Below, in pieces: positions 27,982 to 37,335 of a stretch of 64,000 nucleotides of DNA (positions are counted from its first letter, which is position 1; each line of letters begins with the position of its first letter). The stretch lies in the NCBI GenBank assembly GCA_031459915.1, contig JAVKHO010000012.1:1-64000 (forward strand), written 5' to 3'. The stretch is from Candidatus Tepidifontimicrobium thermophilum. GTDB taxonomy: Bacteria > Sysuimicrobiota > Sysuimicrobiia > Sysuimicrobiales > Sysuimicrobiaceae. Under the pieces are notes generated by a model. The model ran no database searches. It worked only from the letters and a program-made list of their open reading frames with translations, and was not told the DNA's origin. The position numbers and the translations under genes are program-made.

Positions 27982-28128
27982 CTACTGGATCACCACCCGC
28001 CGGTTGGTGGCCAGGACCCAGATGAGGAACGCCAGCAACAGGACCACCAGCAGCTCCGCCTGACCGGAGCGGTCGCCGAGCCAGCGCCGCAGCCACGCCC
28101 GTACCTGCGCGTAGAGGAACTCGCCCAT
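27982..28128 (-). CDS. 48-aa single-TM protein with prepilin-like (class III signal) motif
   Basis: Not in the ORF track. MGEFLYAQVRAWLRRWLGDRSGQAELLVVLLLAFLIWVLATNRRVVIQ; GGAGGTG SD; GC-rich third codon positions. Confidence 0.75.
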   Translation of the reverse strand: MGEFLYAQVRAWLRRWLGDRSGQAELLVVLLLAFLIWVLATNRRVVIQ

Positions 28129-28151
28129 CGCTCACCTCCGCGCCGTTTTTC

Positions 28152-28610
28152 CTAACCTCCGCCGGAGGCCCCTGCGGTTTCCTCCGCCCGCTTGCGCAGG
28201 GCCTCCAGCATGCCCTCCGCGTTCTTCCGCACGAGCTGCCGGACCAGGTTCGTGAGCAGCGGGCCCAAAAGCGGGATCCGCAGTTCGTAGTCCAGCACCA
28301 GACGGACCGAGCAACCGCCCGGTGCCGGCTCGAAGCTCCACGTCCCCTCGAACCGGTCGAAGTCGCCCTCCCGCTGGCGGAACGTGCACACCCGCCGCGC
28401 GTCGTCCCACTCGTCCTCCTCGGTCCAGGCCACGCGCCGGCCCTGGATCCTGCCGACCCACGCGGTGACGGTCCGGCTGCCGTCCCGGTGGACCACCCGC
28501 AGGCTCTCCACGTCCGGCATGAACTCCGGGAACTGTTCCACGTCCTTCGCGACGGTGTACACGTGGTCCACGGGCGCGCGGACGAACGTCTGCACCTCCA
28601 CCACCGGCAT
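28152..28610 (-). CDS. SRPBCC/START (Coq10/polyketide cyclase-like) protein
   Basis: D.E.FPEFMPDV, W.E.D.W, Q.EGDF..F.G.W.F. Confidence 0.85.
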   Translation of the reverse strand: MPVVEVQTFVRAPVDHVYTVAKDVEQFPEFMPDVESLRVVHRDGSRTVTAWVGRIQGRRVAWTEEDEWDDARRVCTFRQREGDFDRFEGTWSFEPAPGGCSVRLVLDYELRIPLLGPLLTNLVRQLVRKNAEGMLEALRKRAEETAGASGGG

Positions 28611-28653
28611 CCTGATCCCTCCAGGGAAGGATACGCCGTGCGCGGACCAAGTC

Positions 28654-30423
28654 CTACGTGGCCGCCCAGGGCTTGAGCCGGCTCAGCAGGGCCCACGGCA
28701 GCTCCGCCTCCACGTGTACCGCGTCGGGGTGGTACTCCTCGCGCAGCACACGGCCTCCCCGCCGCAGCTCGGCCAGCAGCCCGGCCTGCGCGTAGGGGAT
28801 CCGCAGGCGGGTGCGCGGCCACCCTGGCAGCGCCTGCGCCACCCGCGCCAGGAGCTCCTCCAGTCCGGTCCTCCGCAGGGCGCTGATGGGGACCCCGCCC
28901 GTGCGGGCCACCAGCTCCGCCACCCGGTCCGCGGGAAGCCGGTCGGTCTTGTTGAGGGCCAGCACCGTGGGCTTGCCGTCGGCGCCCAGCTCCTCCAGCA
29001 GCTCTTCCACCGCCCGGCGCTGCCGTTCCCAGGCGGGATGGGACACGTCCAGGACGTGCACCAACGCGTCGGCCTCCGTCACCTCCTCCAGGGTGGCGCG
29101 GAAGGCCGCCACCAGCTGCGTGGGCAGCTTCCGCAGAAAGCCCACGGTGTCCACCAGCACCACGGGCCGCCCGTCGGGCAGACGCGCGCGGCGCGCGGTG
29201 GGGTCCAGGGTGGCGAACAGCTTGTCCTCCACGAACACCTGCGCACCGGACAGGGCATTGAGGAGGGTGGACTTGCCCGCGTTGGTGTACCCCACCAGGG
29301 CTACCACGGGGACCTCCGCCTGCTGGCGGGCGCGCCGCTGCGTCCGCCGGGCCCGCGCCACCTCCTCGATGCGGGCACGCAGCTCGTCGACGCGCCGGCG
29401 GACGCGGCGGCGGTCCGTCTCCAGCTGCGTCTCCCCTGGGCCCCGGGTCCCGATCCCACCGCCCAGGCGGGACAGCAACACCCCCTTGCCCACCAGCCTC
29501 GGCAGCAGGTAGGTCATCTGCGCCAGTTCCACCTGGAGGCGGCCCTCCCGGGTCCGGGCGCGGCGGGCAAAGATGTCCAGCACGAGCGCGGTGCGGTCCA
29601 CCACCTTGACCCCCAGCTCCTCCTCCAGGTTGCGCTGCTGCGCGGGCGTGAGCTCCTCGTCGAACACCACCAGGTCCGCGGCCTCCCGCTCCACCAAGGC
29701 GCGCAGCTCCGCCACCTTCCCGCGGCCGATGAGGGTCGCCGGGTCCGGGCGCGGGCGTTCCTGGGTCAGCACATCCACCACCTCCGCGCCTGCGGTCTCC
29801 GCCAGACGGCGCAGCTCCTCCAGGGACTCCGGGTCCGAGTAGCCACCGCGTCCCGGCACCACCAGCCCCACCAGCACCGCCCGTTCCGGCCGCTCCGAGC
29901 CCGAGGGCGCGCCCCGCGAGGCTTCCTCCACGGCCCGGATGCGGTCTGCGGCGCGGAGGTGGCCCAGCGTCTCCAGGTCGAAGGGCCCCTCTAGCTGCAA
30001 CGACCCGGCCGCGCTGCTCACCCACGCCTCCGTCACCTGTCCGCGGCGGTGACCTAAGGTCACCAGAAGGTCCAGGCGCGCGCCTTCCAGGAGTTCTAGG
30101 TCCGCGTCGGTGGGATACGCTTCCGGCTGGTCGTACACCAGCACCAGCCGCAGGCCGCACGGCCGCCCGTCCCGGCGCCGCTGCAGGGTGGCCTCCAGTT
30201 CCGGCCAGTTGCGCCCGAGCAGCACGTGGGCGCAGTGGGCGTTCCGCGACAGCAGAACTCCGACCCCGCGACGGGCCACGTGCGCCAGCTGCGCCAGCCG
30301 GGCCGCCAGCTCCGGGTCGCACACGAGCTCGGGGGCGAACGTCCGACCGCGCAGCGCCGCGACCAGGTTCCGGGCCTCCTTGGACAGCCGGTGCGTGTTG
30401 CCGATCAGGAACGGGAGCCGCAC
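28654..30423 (-). CDS. hflX: GTPase HflX with long N-terminal extension
   Basis: DIFARRA.T.EG.LQVELAQ, GTRGPGET, GYTNAGKST, DTVGF, NKTD. Confidence 0.95.
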   Translation of the reverse strand: MRLPFLIGNTHRLSKEARNLVAALRGRTFAPELVCDPELAARLAQLAHVARRGVGVLLSRNAHCAHVLLGRNWPELEATLQRRRDGRPCGLRLVLVYDQPEAYPTDADLELLEGARLDLLVTLGHRRGQVTEAWVSSAAGSLQLEGPFDLETLGHLRAADRIRAVEEASRGAPSGSERPERAVLVGLVVPGRGGYSDPESLEELRRLAETAGAEVVDVLTQERPRPDPATLIGRGKVAELRALVEREAADLVVFDEELTPAQQRNLEEELGVKVVDRTALVLDIFARRARTREGRLQVELAQMTYLLPRLVGKGVLLSRLGGGIGTRGPGETQLETDRRRVRRRVDELRARIEEVARARRTQRRARQQAEVPVVALVGYTNAGKSTLLNALSGAQVFVEDKLFATLDPTARRARLPDGRPVVLVDTVGFLRKLPTQLVAAFRATLEEVTEADALVHVLDVSHPAWERQRRAVEELLEELGADGKPTVLALNKTDRLPADRVAELVARTGGVPISALRRTGLEELLARVAQALPGWPRTRLRIPYAQAGLLAELRRGGRVLREEYHPDAVHVEAELPWALLSRLKPWAAT

Positions 30424-30427
30424 AGGG

Positions 30428-31603
30428 TCACCGCAGCCCGCGCAGGCGCTCGATTGCCTCCTTCAACCGGTCCTCCGGCGTGGTGAAGGACAGCCGCACG
30501 TACCGGTCGCCCACCTCCCCGTATCCAACCCCCGGGGTGACCACCACCGCGGCGCGGTCCAGCACGTGCTGCGCGAAGGTGACGGAGTCGAACCCGTCAG
30601 GTACTTCCGCCCACAGGTAGAAGGTGGCGCGAGGGCGCCCGACCCGCCACCCGGCTTCCCGCAGGCCGTCCACCAAAAGGTCCCGGCGCGCCTGGAAGAC
30701 CGCCACCCGCTGGCGGACCGGCTCCTCCGGCCCCCGCAGGGCGGCCTCCCCGGCCCGCTGGACGGCCACGAACACCCCGCTGTCCAGGTTCGTCTTCAGC
30801 TTGGCCAGCGCCGCCACCACGTCGGGGTTCCCGCACACCCAGCCCAGGCGCCAGCCTGTCATGCAGAAGGTCTTGGACAGGGAGTGGAACTCCACCCCGA
30901 CCTCGAGGGCCCCCGGCGCCTGCAGGAACGACGGCGGGCGGTAGCCGTCGTAGGCGATCTCCGAGTAGGAGTTGTCGTGCACCACCACCACGTCGAACTC
31001 CCGCGCGAAGCGCACCACCTCCTCGAAGAAGTCCAGCTCGACGGTGGCCGCGGTGGGGTTGTTGGGGTAGTTCAAAAACATCAGGCGGGCCCGCCGGGCC
31101 ACCTCTGTGGGGACCTCGCTGAGGTCCGGGAGGAACCCTGAGGCGGGCCGCAGCGGTAGGGACTGCGGGACTCCGTCCGCCAGCAGGGTCGCCACCCGGT
31201 ACACGGGGTACCCCGGGTCGGGCACGAGGGCCACGTCCCCGGGGTTCAGCAGGGCCCACGGCAGGTGCGCAAGGCCTTCCTTGGACCCGATGAGGGCCAG
31301 CACCTCTCGGTCGGGGTCCAGCCGGACGCCGAACCGCCGCTGGTACCAGTCCGCCACCGCGGCCCGGAAGCTCCCGGTCCCCGGATACGGGGGGTAGCGG
31401 TGGGTGGAGGGGTCCGCAACAGCTTGGCGCATGGCCTCCACCACGTGCTCCGGGGTGGGCAGGTCGGGGTCGCCCACCGCGAGGCTGATCACGTCAACTC
31501 CCCGCCGTTGCAGCTCCTCTGTCCGGCGGTCCAGGTCCGCGAACAGGTAAGGCGGTACCCGCTGCACCCGCTCCGACTCGCGTTGGCGCGTGGTGGGTTC
31601 CAT
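30428..31603 (-). CDS. dapL: LL-diaminopimelate aminotransferase (class I PLP enzyme)
   Basis: PPYLFA, GDPD.PTP, IGSKEG, NYPNNPT, HSLSK...MTGWR, DSG.F. Confidence 0.82.
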   Translation of the reverse strand: MEPTTRQRESERVQRVPPYLFADLDRRTEELQRRGVDVISLAVGDPDLPTPEHVVEAMRQAVADPSTHRYPPYPGTGSFRAAVADWYQRRFGVRLDPDREVLALIGSKEGLAHLPWALLNPGDVALVPDPGYPVYRVATLLADGVPQSLPLRPASGFLPDLSEVPTEVARRARLMFLNYPNNPTAATVELDFFEEVVRFAREFDVVVVHDNSYSEIAYDGYRPPSFLQAPGALEVGVEFHSLSKTFCMTGWRLGWVCGNPDVVAALAKLKTNLDSGVFVAVQRAGEAALRGPEEPVRQRVAVFQARRDLLVDGLREAGWRVGRPRATFYLWAEVPDGFDSVTFAQHVLDRAAVVVTPGVGYGEVGDRYVRLSFTTPEDRLKEAIERLRGLR

Positions 31604-31630
31604 CGTCACCTCCTCGATCCTCTCGCAGCC

Positions 31631-32587
31631 CTAGGATAGCCCAAGCGCAACACCCTCCGCCCGCAGGACCTCCAGTACACGTTCGCTCACCGCGTCCGGT
31701 GGGAGGTCGTCCACGTCCACCCATCGGACCCTGGGATCTGCCCGGAACCACGTCCACTGGCGCTTCGCGTACCGGCGGGTGTTGCGCTCCAGCTGGCGTA
31801 CGGCCTCCTCCAGGCCCACCTGGCCCAGCACGTACGGCACCAGCTCCTTGTACCCCAGGCCCTGCATGGCGGGCTTGGAGGGATCCACGCCCCGGGCCAG
31901 CAGCGCCCGCACTTCCTCCACGAGCCCTGCGGCCAGCTGCTGCTGGATGCGCCGGGAGATCCGTTCGTACAGCCGCATCCGGTCCACGGTGAGGCCCACC
32001 TGGAATGCCTCTTCCCCCGCCTCGCGCCGGGCCAGCTGGCTGAAGGGCCGTCCGGTGTGCACCACCACTTCGAGCGCGCGGATCACCCGGCGCAGGTTCT
32101 GCGGGGGAATCCGGGACGCGGCCTCGGGGTCCAGCTCCATCAGGCGGCGGTACAGTACCCCAGGTTGCTGCCGTTCCTGTTCCTCCCAGGCCCGGCGGGC
32201 TGCCCAGTCTGGCGGCACCTGCGGGATCCGAAGGCCGTCTACCACGGCCCGCACGTACAGCCCCGTCCCGCCCACCAGGATCGGCACCCTCCCCCGCGTG
32301 CGGATGTCCGCGATGGCCTGCCGGGCCAGGCGCTGGAAGTCCCAGACGGTGAACACCTCCGCCGGGTCCGCCACGTCCAGCAGGTGGTGCGGGACCCGGG
32401 CCCGCAGGGCCGCGGTGGGCTTGGCGGTCCCGATGTCCATGCCGCGGTAGACGGTGCGGGAGTCCGCGCACACCACCTCCCCGCCCAGCCGCTCCGCGAG
32501 CTCCACCGCCACCGCGGACTTCCCCACGGCGGTGGGGCCCACCACCACCAGGAGCGGCAAGCCACGGACACCAGGAGTCCTGTCCAC
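31631..32587 (-). CDS. miaA: tRNA dimethylallyltransferase
   Basis: GPTAVGKS, DS..VYRGMDIGTAK, GGTGLY, GYKE, YAKRQ.TWF; start uncertain (GTG 32587 or TTG 32560). Confidence 0.95.
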   Translation of the reverse strand: MDRTPGVRGLPLLVVVGPTAVGKSAVAVELAERLGGEVVCADSRTVYRGMDIGTAKPTAALRARVPHHLLDVADPAEVFTVWDFQRLARQAIADIRTRGRVPILVGGTGLYVRAVVDGLRIPQVPPDWAARRAWEEQERQQPGVLYRRLMELDPEAASRIPPQNLRRVIRALEVVVHTGRPFSQLARREAGEEAFQVGLTVDRMRLYERISRRIQQQLAAGLVEEVRALLARGVDPSKPAMQGLGYKELVPYVLGQVGLEEAVRQLERNTRRYAKRQWTWFRADPRVRWVDVDDLPPDAVSERVLEVLRAEGVALGLS

Positions 32588-32609
32588 GGTCCGAGAACAC
32601 CGTACAACG

Positions 32610-35210
32610 ATGGACACCCCCATGATGCGTCAGTACCAGGCCCTGAAGCGGGCCTACCCAGGCACGCTCCTGCTGTTCCGCCTGGGGGACTTCTACGAGC
32701 TGTTTGGCGAGGACGCAGAGGTCGCCGCCCGGGTGCTGGACCTCACCCTCACCTCGCGTCCCGTGGCCAAGGGCCGACGGGTCCCCATGTGCGGGGTACC
32801 CCACCAGACCCTCGAGTCGTACCTGAGCCGGTTGCTGGAACGCGGTTTCCGCGTGGCCATCTGCGAGCAGGTGGAGGACCCGCGCAAGGCCAAGGGGCTG
32901 GTACGCCGCGAGGTGGTGCGGGTGGTCACGCCGGGGACGGTCACCTCGGAGGCCTTGCTGCCGCCCCGGGAGAACGTGTACCTCGCCGCCGTCAACCCCA
33001 CCGCCCAGCGGTGGGGCGTGGCGGTGGCGGACCTGTCCACCGGGGAGTTCCGGATCACCGAGCTGGAGCCGGAAGCGGCCGTGCAGGAGCTGGAGCGGCT
33101 CTCGGTCCGGGAGGTCCTGCACCCGGAAGGGAGCGAGCTCCCACCGACCGTGGGCGGCGCCCGTACCCCGTACGAACCGTGGCGGTTCGACCTGCAGGAG
33201 GCCAGGCGAGTGCTGTGCGAGCAGTTCCAGGTGGTCTCCCTGGACGGCTTCGGCTGCGGTGACCTCCCGCTGGCCACGGGCGCCGCGGGCGCCCTGATCC
33301 AGTACCTGAGGGAAACGCAGCGCAGCGGCCTCCTCCACATCCACGGCCTGCAGGTGTACCGGCCCCAGGAGACCCTGCTCCTGGACCCAAGCGCGGTGCG
33401 CAGCCTGGAGCTGCTGCAGCCCCTGGCGGGCAAGGACCGCAGGGCGACCCTGGTGGGGGTGCTGGACCGGACCCGCACCAGCATGGGGGGCCGGCTGCTC
33501 CGGCGCTGGATCCTGGCCCCCCTTCTGGACCGGGCCCGCATCGAGGCGCGTCTGGACGCGGTGGAGGAGCTCGTCCGCTACACCCACCGTCCGCAGCTGC
33601 AGGAGCGGTTGGGACAGGTGGCGGACCTGGAGCGGCTGGTGGGACGGTGCGGCCACGGTTCGGCCAATCCGCGCGACCTCGTGGCGCTGCAGCGCAGCCT
33701 GGCCGCGGTGGCGGAGCTGCACCGGCAGGCTTCCGGGTTCCGCAGCGCCCTGCTCCAGGAGGTAGCGTCCCGGCTGGACAGCCACGACGACCTACGGGAG
33801 GAGCTGCAGCGCGCCCTGGTGGACGACCCGCCCAGCAACCCGCGCGAAGGAGGCTTCGTCCGCGAGGGGTACGACGCAGAGCTGGACCAGCTGCGGCGCG
33901 CCGCGAGCGACGCCAAGCGGTGGATCCGCGACCTGGAAGCCCGGGAGCGGGAGCGGACCGGGATCAAGAGCCTTCGGGTAGGGTTCAACAAGGTCTTCGG
34001 CTACTACATCGAGGTCACCCGCCCCCACCGGGACCGCGTGCCGCCGGACTACGAGCGCCGGCAGACCCTGGTGGGGGCCGAACGCTACGTCACCCCTGAG
34101 ATGAAGGAGCGCGAGGCCCTGATCCTGAACGCGGAGGAGCGGCAGAGGGAGCGGGAGTACGAGATCTTCTGCAGCCTTCGGGACCGAGTGGCCGCCCGGG
34201 GGGCTTCGCTTCTCGCCACCGCCTCCGCGGTGGCCACCCTGGACGTGCTTTGTTCGTTCGCGGAGGTGTCCGAGGCGTACGGCTACGCGCGGCCGGAGCT
34301 GGTGGACGAGCCCGTCCTGGAGGTGGAGGGGGGAAGGCACCCGGTAGTCGAGCGGCTGCTGGAGGAGCCCTTCGTCCCCAACGACCTCCGCATGGACCCC
34401 CGGCGTCGGATCGCGGTGGTCACGGGCCCCAACTTCGCGGGCAAGTCCACGTACCTGCGGCAGAACGCCCTGTTGGTGATCCTGGCGCAGGCGGGCTGTT
34501 TCGTGCCCGCCCGGTCTGCCCGGGTGGGGCTGGTGGACCGGGTGTTCACCCGGGTGGGAGCCGCCGACGACCTGGCGGGGGGGCGCAGCACCTTCCTCGT
34601 GGAGATGCAGGAGGTGGCCAACATCCTGCGCAACGCCACGCCCCGCAGCCTCGTGATCCTGGACGAGGTGGGCCGCGGGACCGCCACCTACGACGGGCTC
34701 AGCATCGCGTGGGCAGTGGTGGAGTACCTGCAGGCCCACGCACGGCCCCGGACCCTGTTCGCCACCCACTACCACGAACTCACGGAGCTCGCTGGGCGCC
34801 TGGACGGGGTGTTCAACCTGAACGTGCGGGTCCGCGAGGAAGGCGAGCGGGTGGTGTTCCTGCACCAAGTGGCGGAGGGCGCCTCCGACCGCGCCTACGG
34901 CATCCACGTGGCCCGGCTGGCGGGCGTGCCGCGGGAGGTCACCCGTAGGGCCGCAGAGCTGTTGGAGGAGCTGCAGGGCCTGGCCCGGAAGGAGGGAACC
35001 CTGGCCCGGCGGGGCCGCGCGGTGCAGATGGCTCTTCCCCTGTCAGTGCCCTCGGAGGTGGAGGCGGAGCTGGCCTCCCTGGACCTGGCGTCCATGACGC
35101 CCCTGGAGGCCCTCAACAAGCTGCACGAGCTTCAGCAGCGGGTGCGGGAGCGCACTCGCGCGGAGCCGTCCAAGGTGGTGCGCATGCGTCCCGCGCCCGG
35201 GAAGCGCTGA
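32610..35210 (+). CDS. mutS: DNA mismatch repair protein MutS
   Basis: TPMMRQY, GDFYELF, GPN.AGKST, STFLVEM, DEVGRGT, ATHYHEL. Confidence 0.98.
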   Translation: MDTPMMRQYQALKRAYPGTLLLFRLGDFYELFGEDAEVAARVLDLTLTSRPVAKGRRVPMCGVPHQTLESYLSRLLERGFRVAICEQVEDPRKAKGLVRREVVRVVTPGTVTSEALLPPRENVYLAAVNPTAQRWGVAVADLSTGEFRITELEPEAAVQELERLSVREVLHPEGSELPPTVGGARTPYEPWRFDLQEARRVLCEQFQVVSLDGFGCGDLPLATGAAGALIQYLRETQRSGLLHIHGLQVYRPQETLLLDPSAVRSLELLQPLAGKDRRATLVGVLDRTRTSMGGRLLRRWILAPLLDRARIEARLDAVEELVRYTHRPQLQERLGQVADLERLVGRCGHGSANPRDLVALQRSLAAVAELHRQASGFRSALLQEVASRLDSHDDLREELQRALVDDPPSNPREGGFVREGYDAELDQLRRAASDAKRWIRDLEARERERTGIKSLRVGFNKVFGYYIEVTRPHRDRVPPDYERRQTLVGAERYVTPEMKEREALILNAEERQREREYEIFCSLRDRVAARGASLLATASAVATLDVLCSFAEVSEAYGYARPELVDEPVLEVEGGRHPVVERLLEEPFVPNDLRMDPRRRIAVVTGPNFAGKSTYLRQNALLVILAQAGCFVPARSARVGLVDRVFTRVGAADDLAGGRSTFLVEMQEVANILRNATPRSLVILDEVGRGTATYDGLSIAWAVVEYLQAHARPRTLFATHYHELTELAGRLDGVFNLNVRVREEGERVVFLHQVAEGASDRAYGIHVARLAGVPREVTRRAAELLEELQGLARKEGTLARRGRAVQMALPLSVPSEVEAELASLDLASMTPLEALNKLHELQQRVRERTRAEPSKVVRMRPAPGKR

Positions 35211-35211
35211 C

Positions 35212-36885
35212 GTGCCGCGGATCCGCGTGCTCGAGGGATGGCTGGCGGACCGCATCGCCGCGGGGGAGGTGGTGGAGCGGCCCGCTTCGGTGGTGAAGGA
35301 GCTGGTGGAGAACGCTCTGGACGCGGGCGCCCGTCGGATCACCGTGGAGTTCTCCGGCGGTGGCTTCGAGCTGGTGCGGGTGTCTGACGACGGCGAGGGG
35401 ATGGATCCGGAGGACGCAGCCCTGTGCCTGCGCCGGTTCGCCACCAGCAAGCTGGGGTCGCCGGACGATCTCCGCCGGATCCGCACTTTGGGTTTCCGGG
35501 GCGAAGCCCTCCCGAGCATCGCGGCGGTCTCGCACGTGGAGATCCTCACCTGCGACGGTCATGTGGCCACCCGGGTGCGCGCGGAGGGCGGGTCCGAGCC
35601 CCGCACGGAGCCGGCCAGCGCTCCCCGCGGCACGGTGGTGACCGTGCGGCGCCTGTTTTACAACACCCCCGCGCGCCGCAACTTCCTGCGGTCCGTGGCC
35701 CGAGAGGCGGCCCTGTGCCTGGACGCCGCGGAGCGGCACGCCCTCGCCCGTCCCGACGTAGCCTTCCGCGTGGTGCGGGACGGCCGGGAGGTAGTGGCGT
35801 GGCCCGCGGAGGACCCGCTGCGGCGGGCCAGCCGCATTCTGGCGGTACCGGCAGACGAGCTGCTGGCGGTGGAGGCCCAGGCTGGCGGCGTGCGGGTCTG
35901 GGGATTTCTGGCCCCGCCGTCCTTCGCCCGCCGCAGCCGCTCCGGGCAGTACTTCTTCGTGAACCGCCGGCCCGTCACCAGCCCGCTACTGAGCCGCGCG
36001 GTGGAGCAGGGCGCCCGGACCCTGGTGTTCACGGGGCAGCATCCCGCCTGCGTCCTGTACGTGGAACTCTCCCCCGAACAGGTGGACCCCAACGTGCACC
36101 CGCGCAAGCTGGAGGTGAGGTTCGCAGACGAGGGCCGGGTGTTCGCCGCGGTGGAGCGCGCGGCGCGGGATGCGTACCGTTCCCGGCCGCTAGTGCGCGC
36201 GGTCCCTCTGTCCACGTCCCCGCCCCCCGCCGCCGCGCCCGGGGCCACGGGCTGGCAGGTCCGCGAGCCCACGCAGCTCGCGGTCCTGGAAGCCGAGCCG
36301 GCCAGACGGCTGCCGCGTCTGCGCCTTCTGGGCCAGCTGGCCAGCACCTACCTGCTGGCGGAGTCCGCGGAGGGGCTGGTGGTGGTGGACCAGCACGCGG
36401 CCCACGAGCGCGTCCTGTACGAGCGGCTGCTGCGGGACCGCGCCCGCGGCGCCCACGGGCAGCTGCTGGCGGCACCGGTCACGGTGGACCTGAGTCCCTC
36501 GGAGATGGCCTTGCTTCCCGAGGTGTCGCCCGTCCTGCGCGAGCTGGGCCTGGAGGTGGAGCCCTTCGGCGGCAGCACAGTGCTGGTGCGCTCGGTGCCC
36601 GTGATCTCGGGCCGGCTCCCGCCGGAGGCGGTGCTGCGCGCCTGCCTGCGGGAGGGCCTGTGGGACGGAGCCCCTACCGCGGGCCAGCGGGCCGTGGAGC
36701 GCGCCGCCAGCGTGGTGGCCTGCCACAGCGCGGTGCGGGCCGGGGACGCCCTGTCGGCGGAGGAGATGCGCGCGCTGCTGGAAGACCTGGAGCGGTGCGA
36801 CGACCCCTACACCTGCTTCCACGGCCGGCCGACCCTCGTGGTGGTGCCCCTGGACGCGCTGGAGGGGTGGTTCCTCAGGCGCTGA
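35212..36885 (+). CDS. mutL: DNA mismatch repair endonuclease MutL
   Basis: IAAGEVVERP, GFRGEAL, DQHAAHER, C.HGRP. Confidence 0.97.
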   Translation: MPRIRVLEGWLADRIAAGEVVERPASVVKELVENALDAGARRITVEFSGGGFELVRVSDDGEGMDPEDAALCLRRFATSKLGSPDDLRRIRTLGFRGEALPSIAAVSHVEILTCDGHVATRVRAEGGSEPRTEPASAPRGTVVTVRRLFYNTPARRNFLRSVAREAALCLDAAERHALARPDVAFRVVRDGREVVAWPAEDPLRRASRILAVPADELLAVEAQAGGVRVWGFLAPPSFARRSRSGQYFFVNRRPVTSPLLSRAVEQGARTLVFTGQHPACVLYVELSPEQVDPNVHPRKLEVRFADEGRVFAAVERAARDAYRSRPLVRAVPLSTSPPPAAAPGATGWQVREPTQLAVLEAEPARRLPRLRLLGQLASTYLLAESAEGLVVVDQHAAHERVLYERLLRDRARGAHGQLLAAPVTVDLSPSEMALLPEVSPVLRELGLEVEPFGGSTVLVRSVPVISGRLPPEAVLRACLREGLWDGAPTAGQRAVERAASVVACHSAVRAGDALSAEEMRALLEDLERCDDPYTCFHGRPTLVVVPLDALEGWFLRR

Positions 36886-37335
36886 CCGCGCCGCCTTGCA
36901 GCCCTTCGTAAACGTCCTCCAGGTTGAGGCCCGCGCCGAGACGGTCCGCCTTCACCACCCCGGCGCCCCGAAGCTCCTCCCGCCACCCCGGGCCGTTCGC
37001 ATCCCGTCGCCAGGAGTCGGCTTGCGGCCGGTGGGAATCCAGCAACAGCGAACCGCGCAGGTCGGGAATCTCGAGGTAAGCCAGCAGCTTCTCCGGCCGG
37101 TCCACCCCCGCCGGAGTGGGAGCGCGCATCTCTGCCACGCAGCACGGCCGCGTCTTGTAGTGCTCCTCCTGATGCGGCGGGTGGCACACCCCCATCACGT
37201 CCGGCTAGTAAAAGTGGTCCGGCCCTACTCGAGCTTCACGTCTGCCGCGTGGACCGGCAACCGGTCTTTCGGGCCGCCGACCACAGCAGGTCCCCGAGGT
37301 TCGTCACCAGCCTCGCGTGCCGCCCGCTACCCCAC
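36875..37335 (-). pseudogene. Degraded Uma2/DUF820 family endonuclease
   Basis: Reconstructed across two frameshifts and a TAG at 37205-37207: GGSGRHARLVTNL...TGCR/VHAADVKL/RVGPDHFY*PDVMGVC...EKLLAYLEIP...LEDVYEG; 5' end missing. Confidence 0.75.

Noticed and set aside
34423..34452. MutS Walker A variant GPNFAGKST
   Set aside because: The catalytic GKST is intact; a single substitution is no evidence of inactivation.
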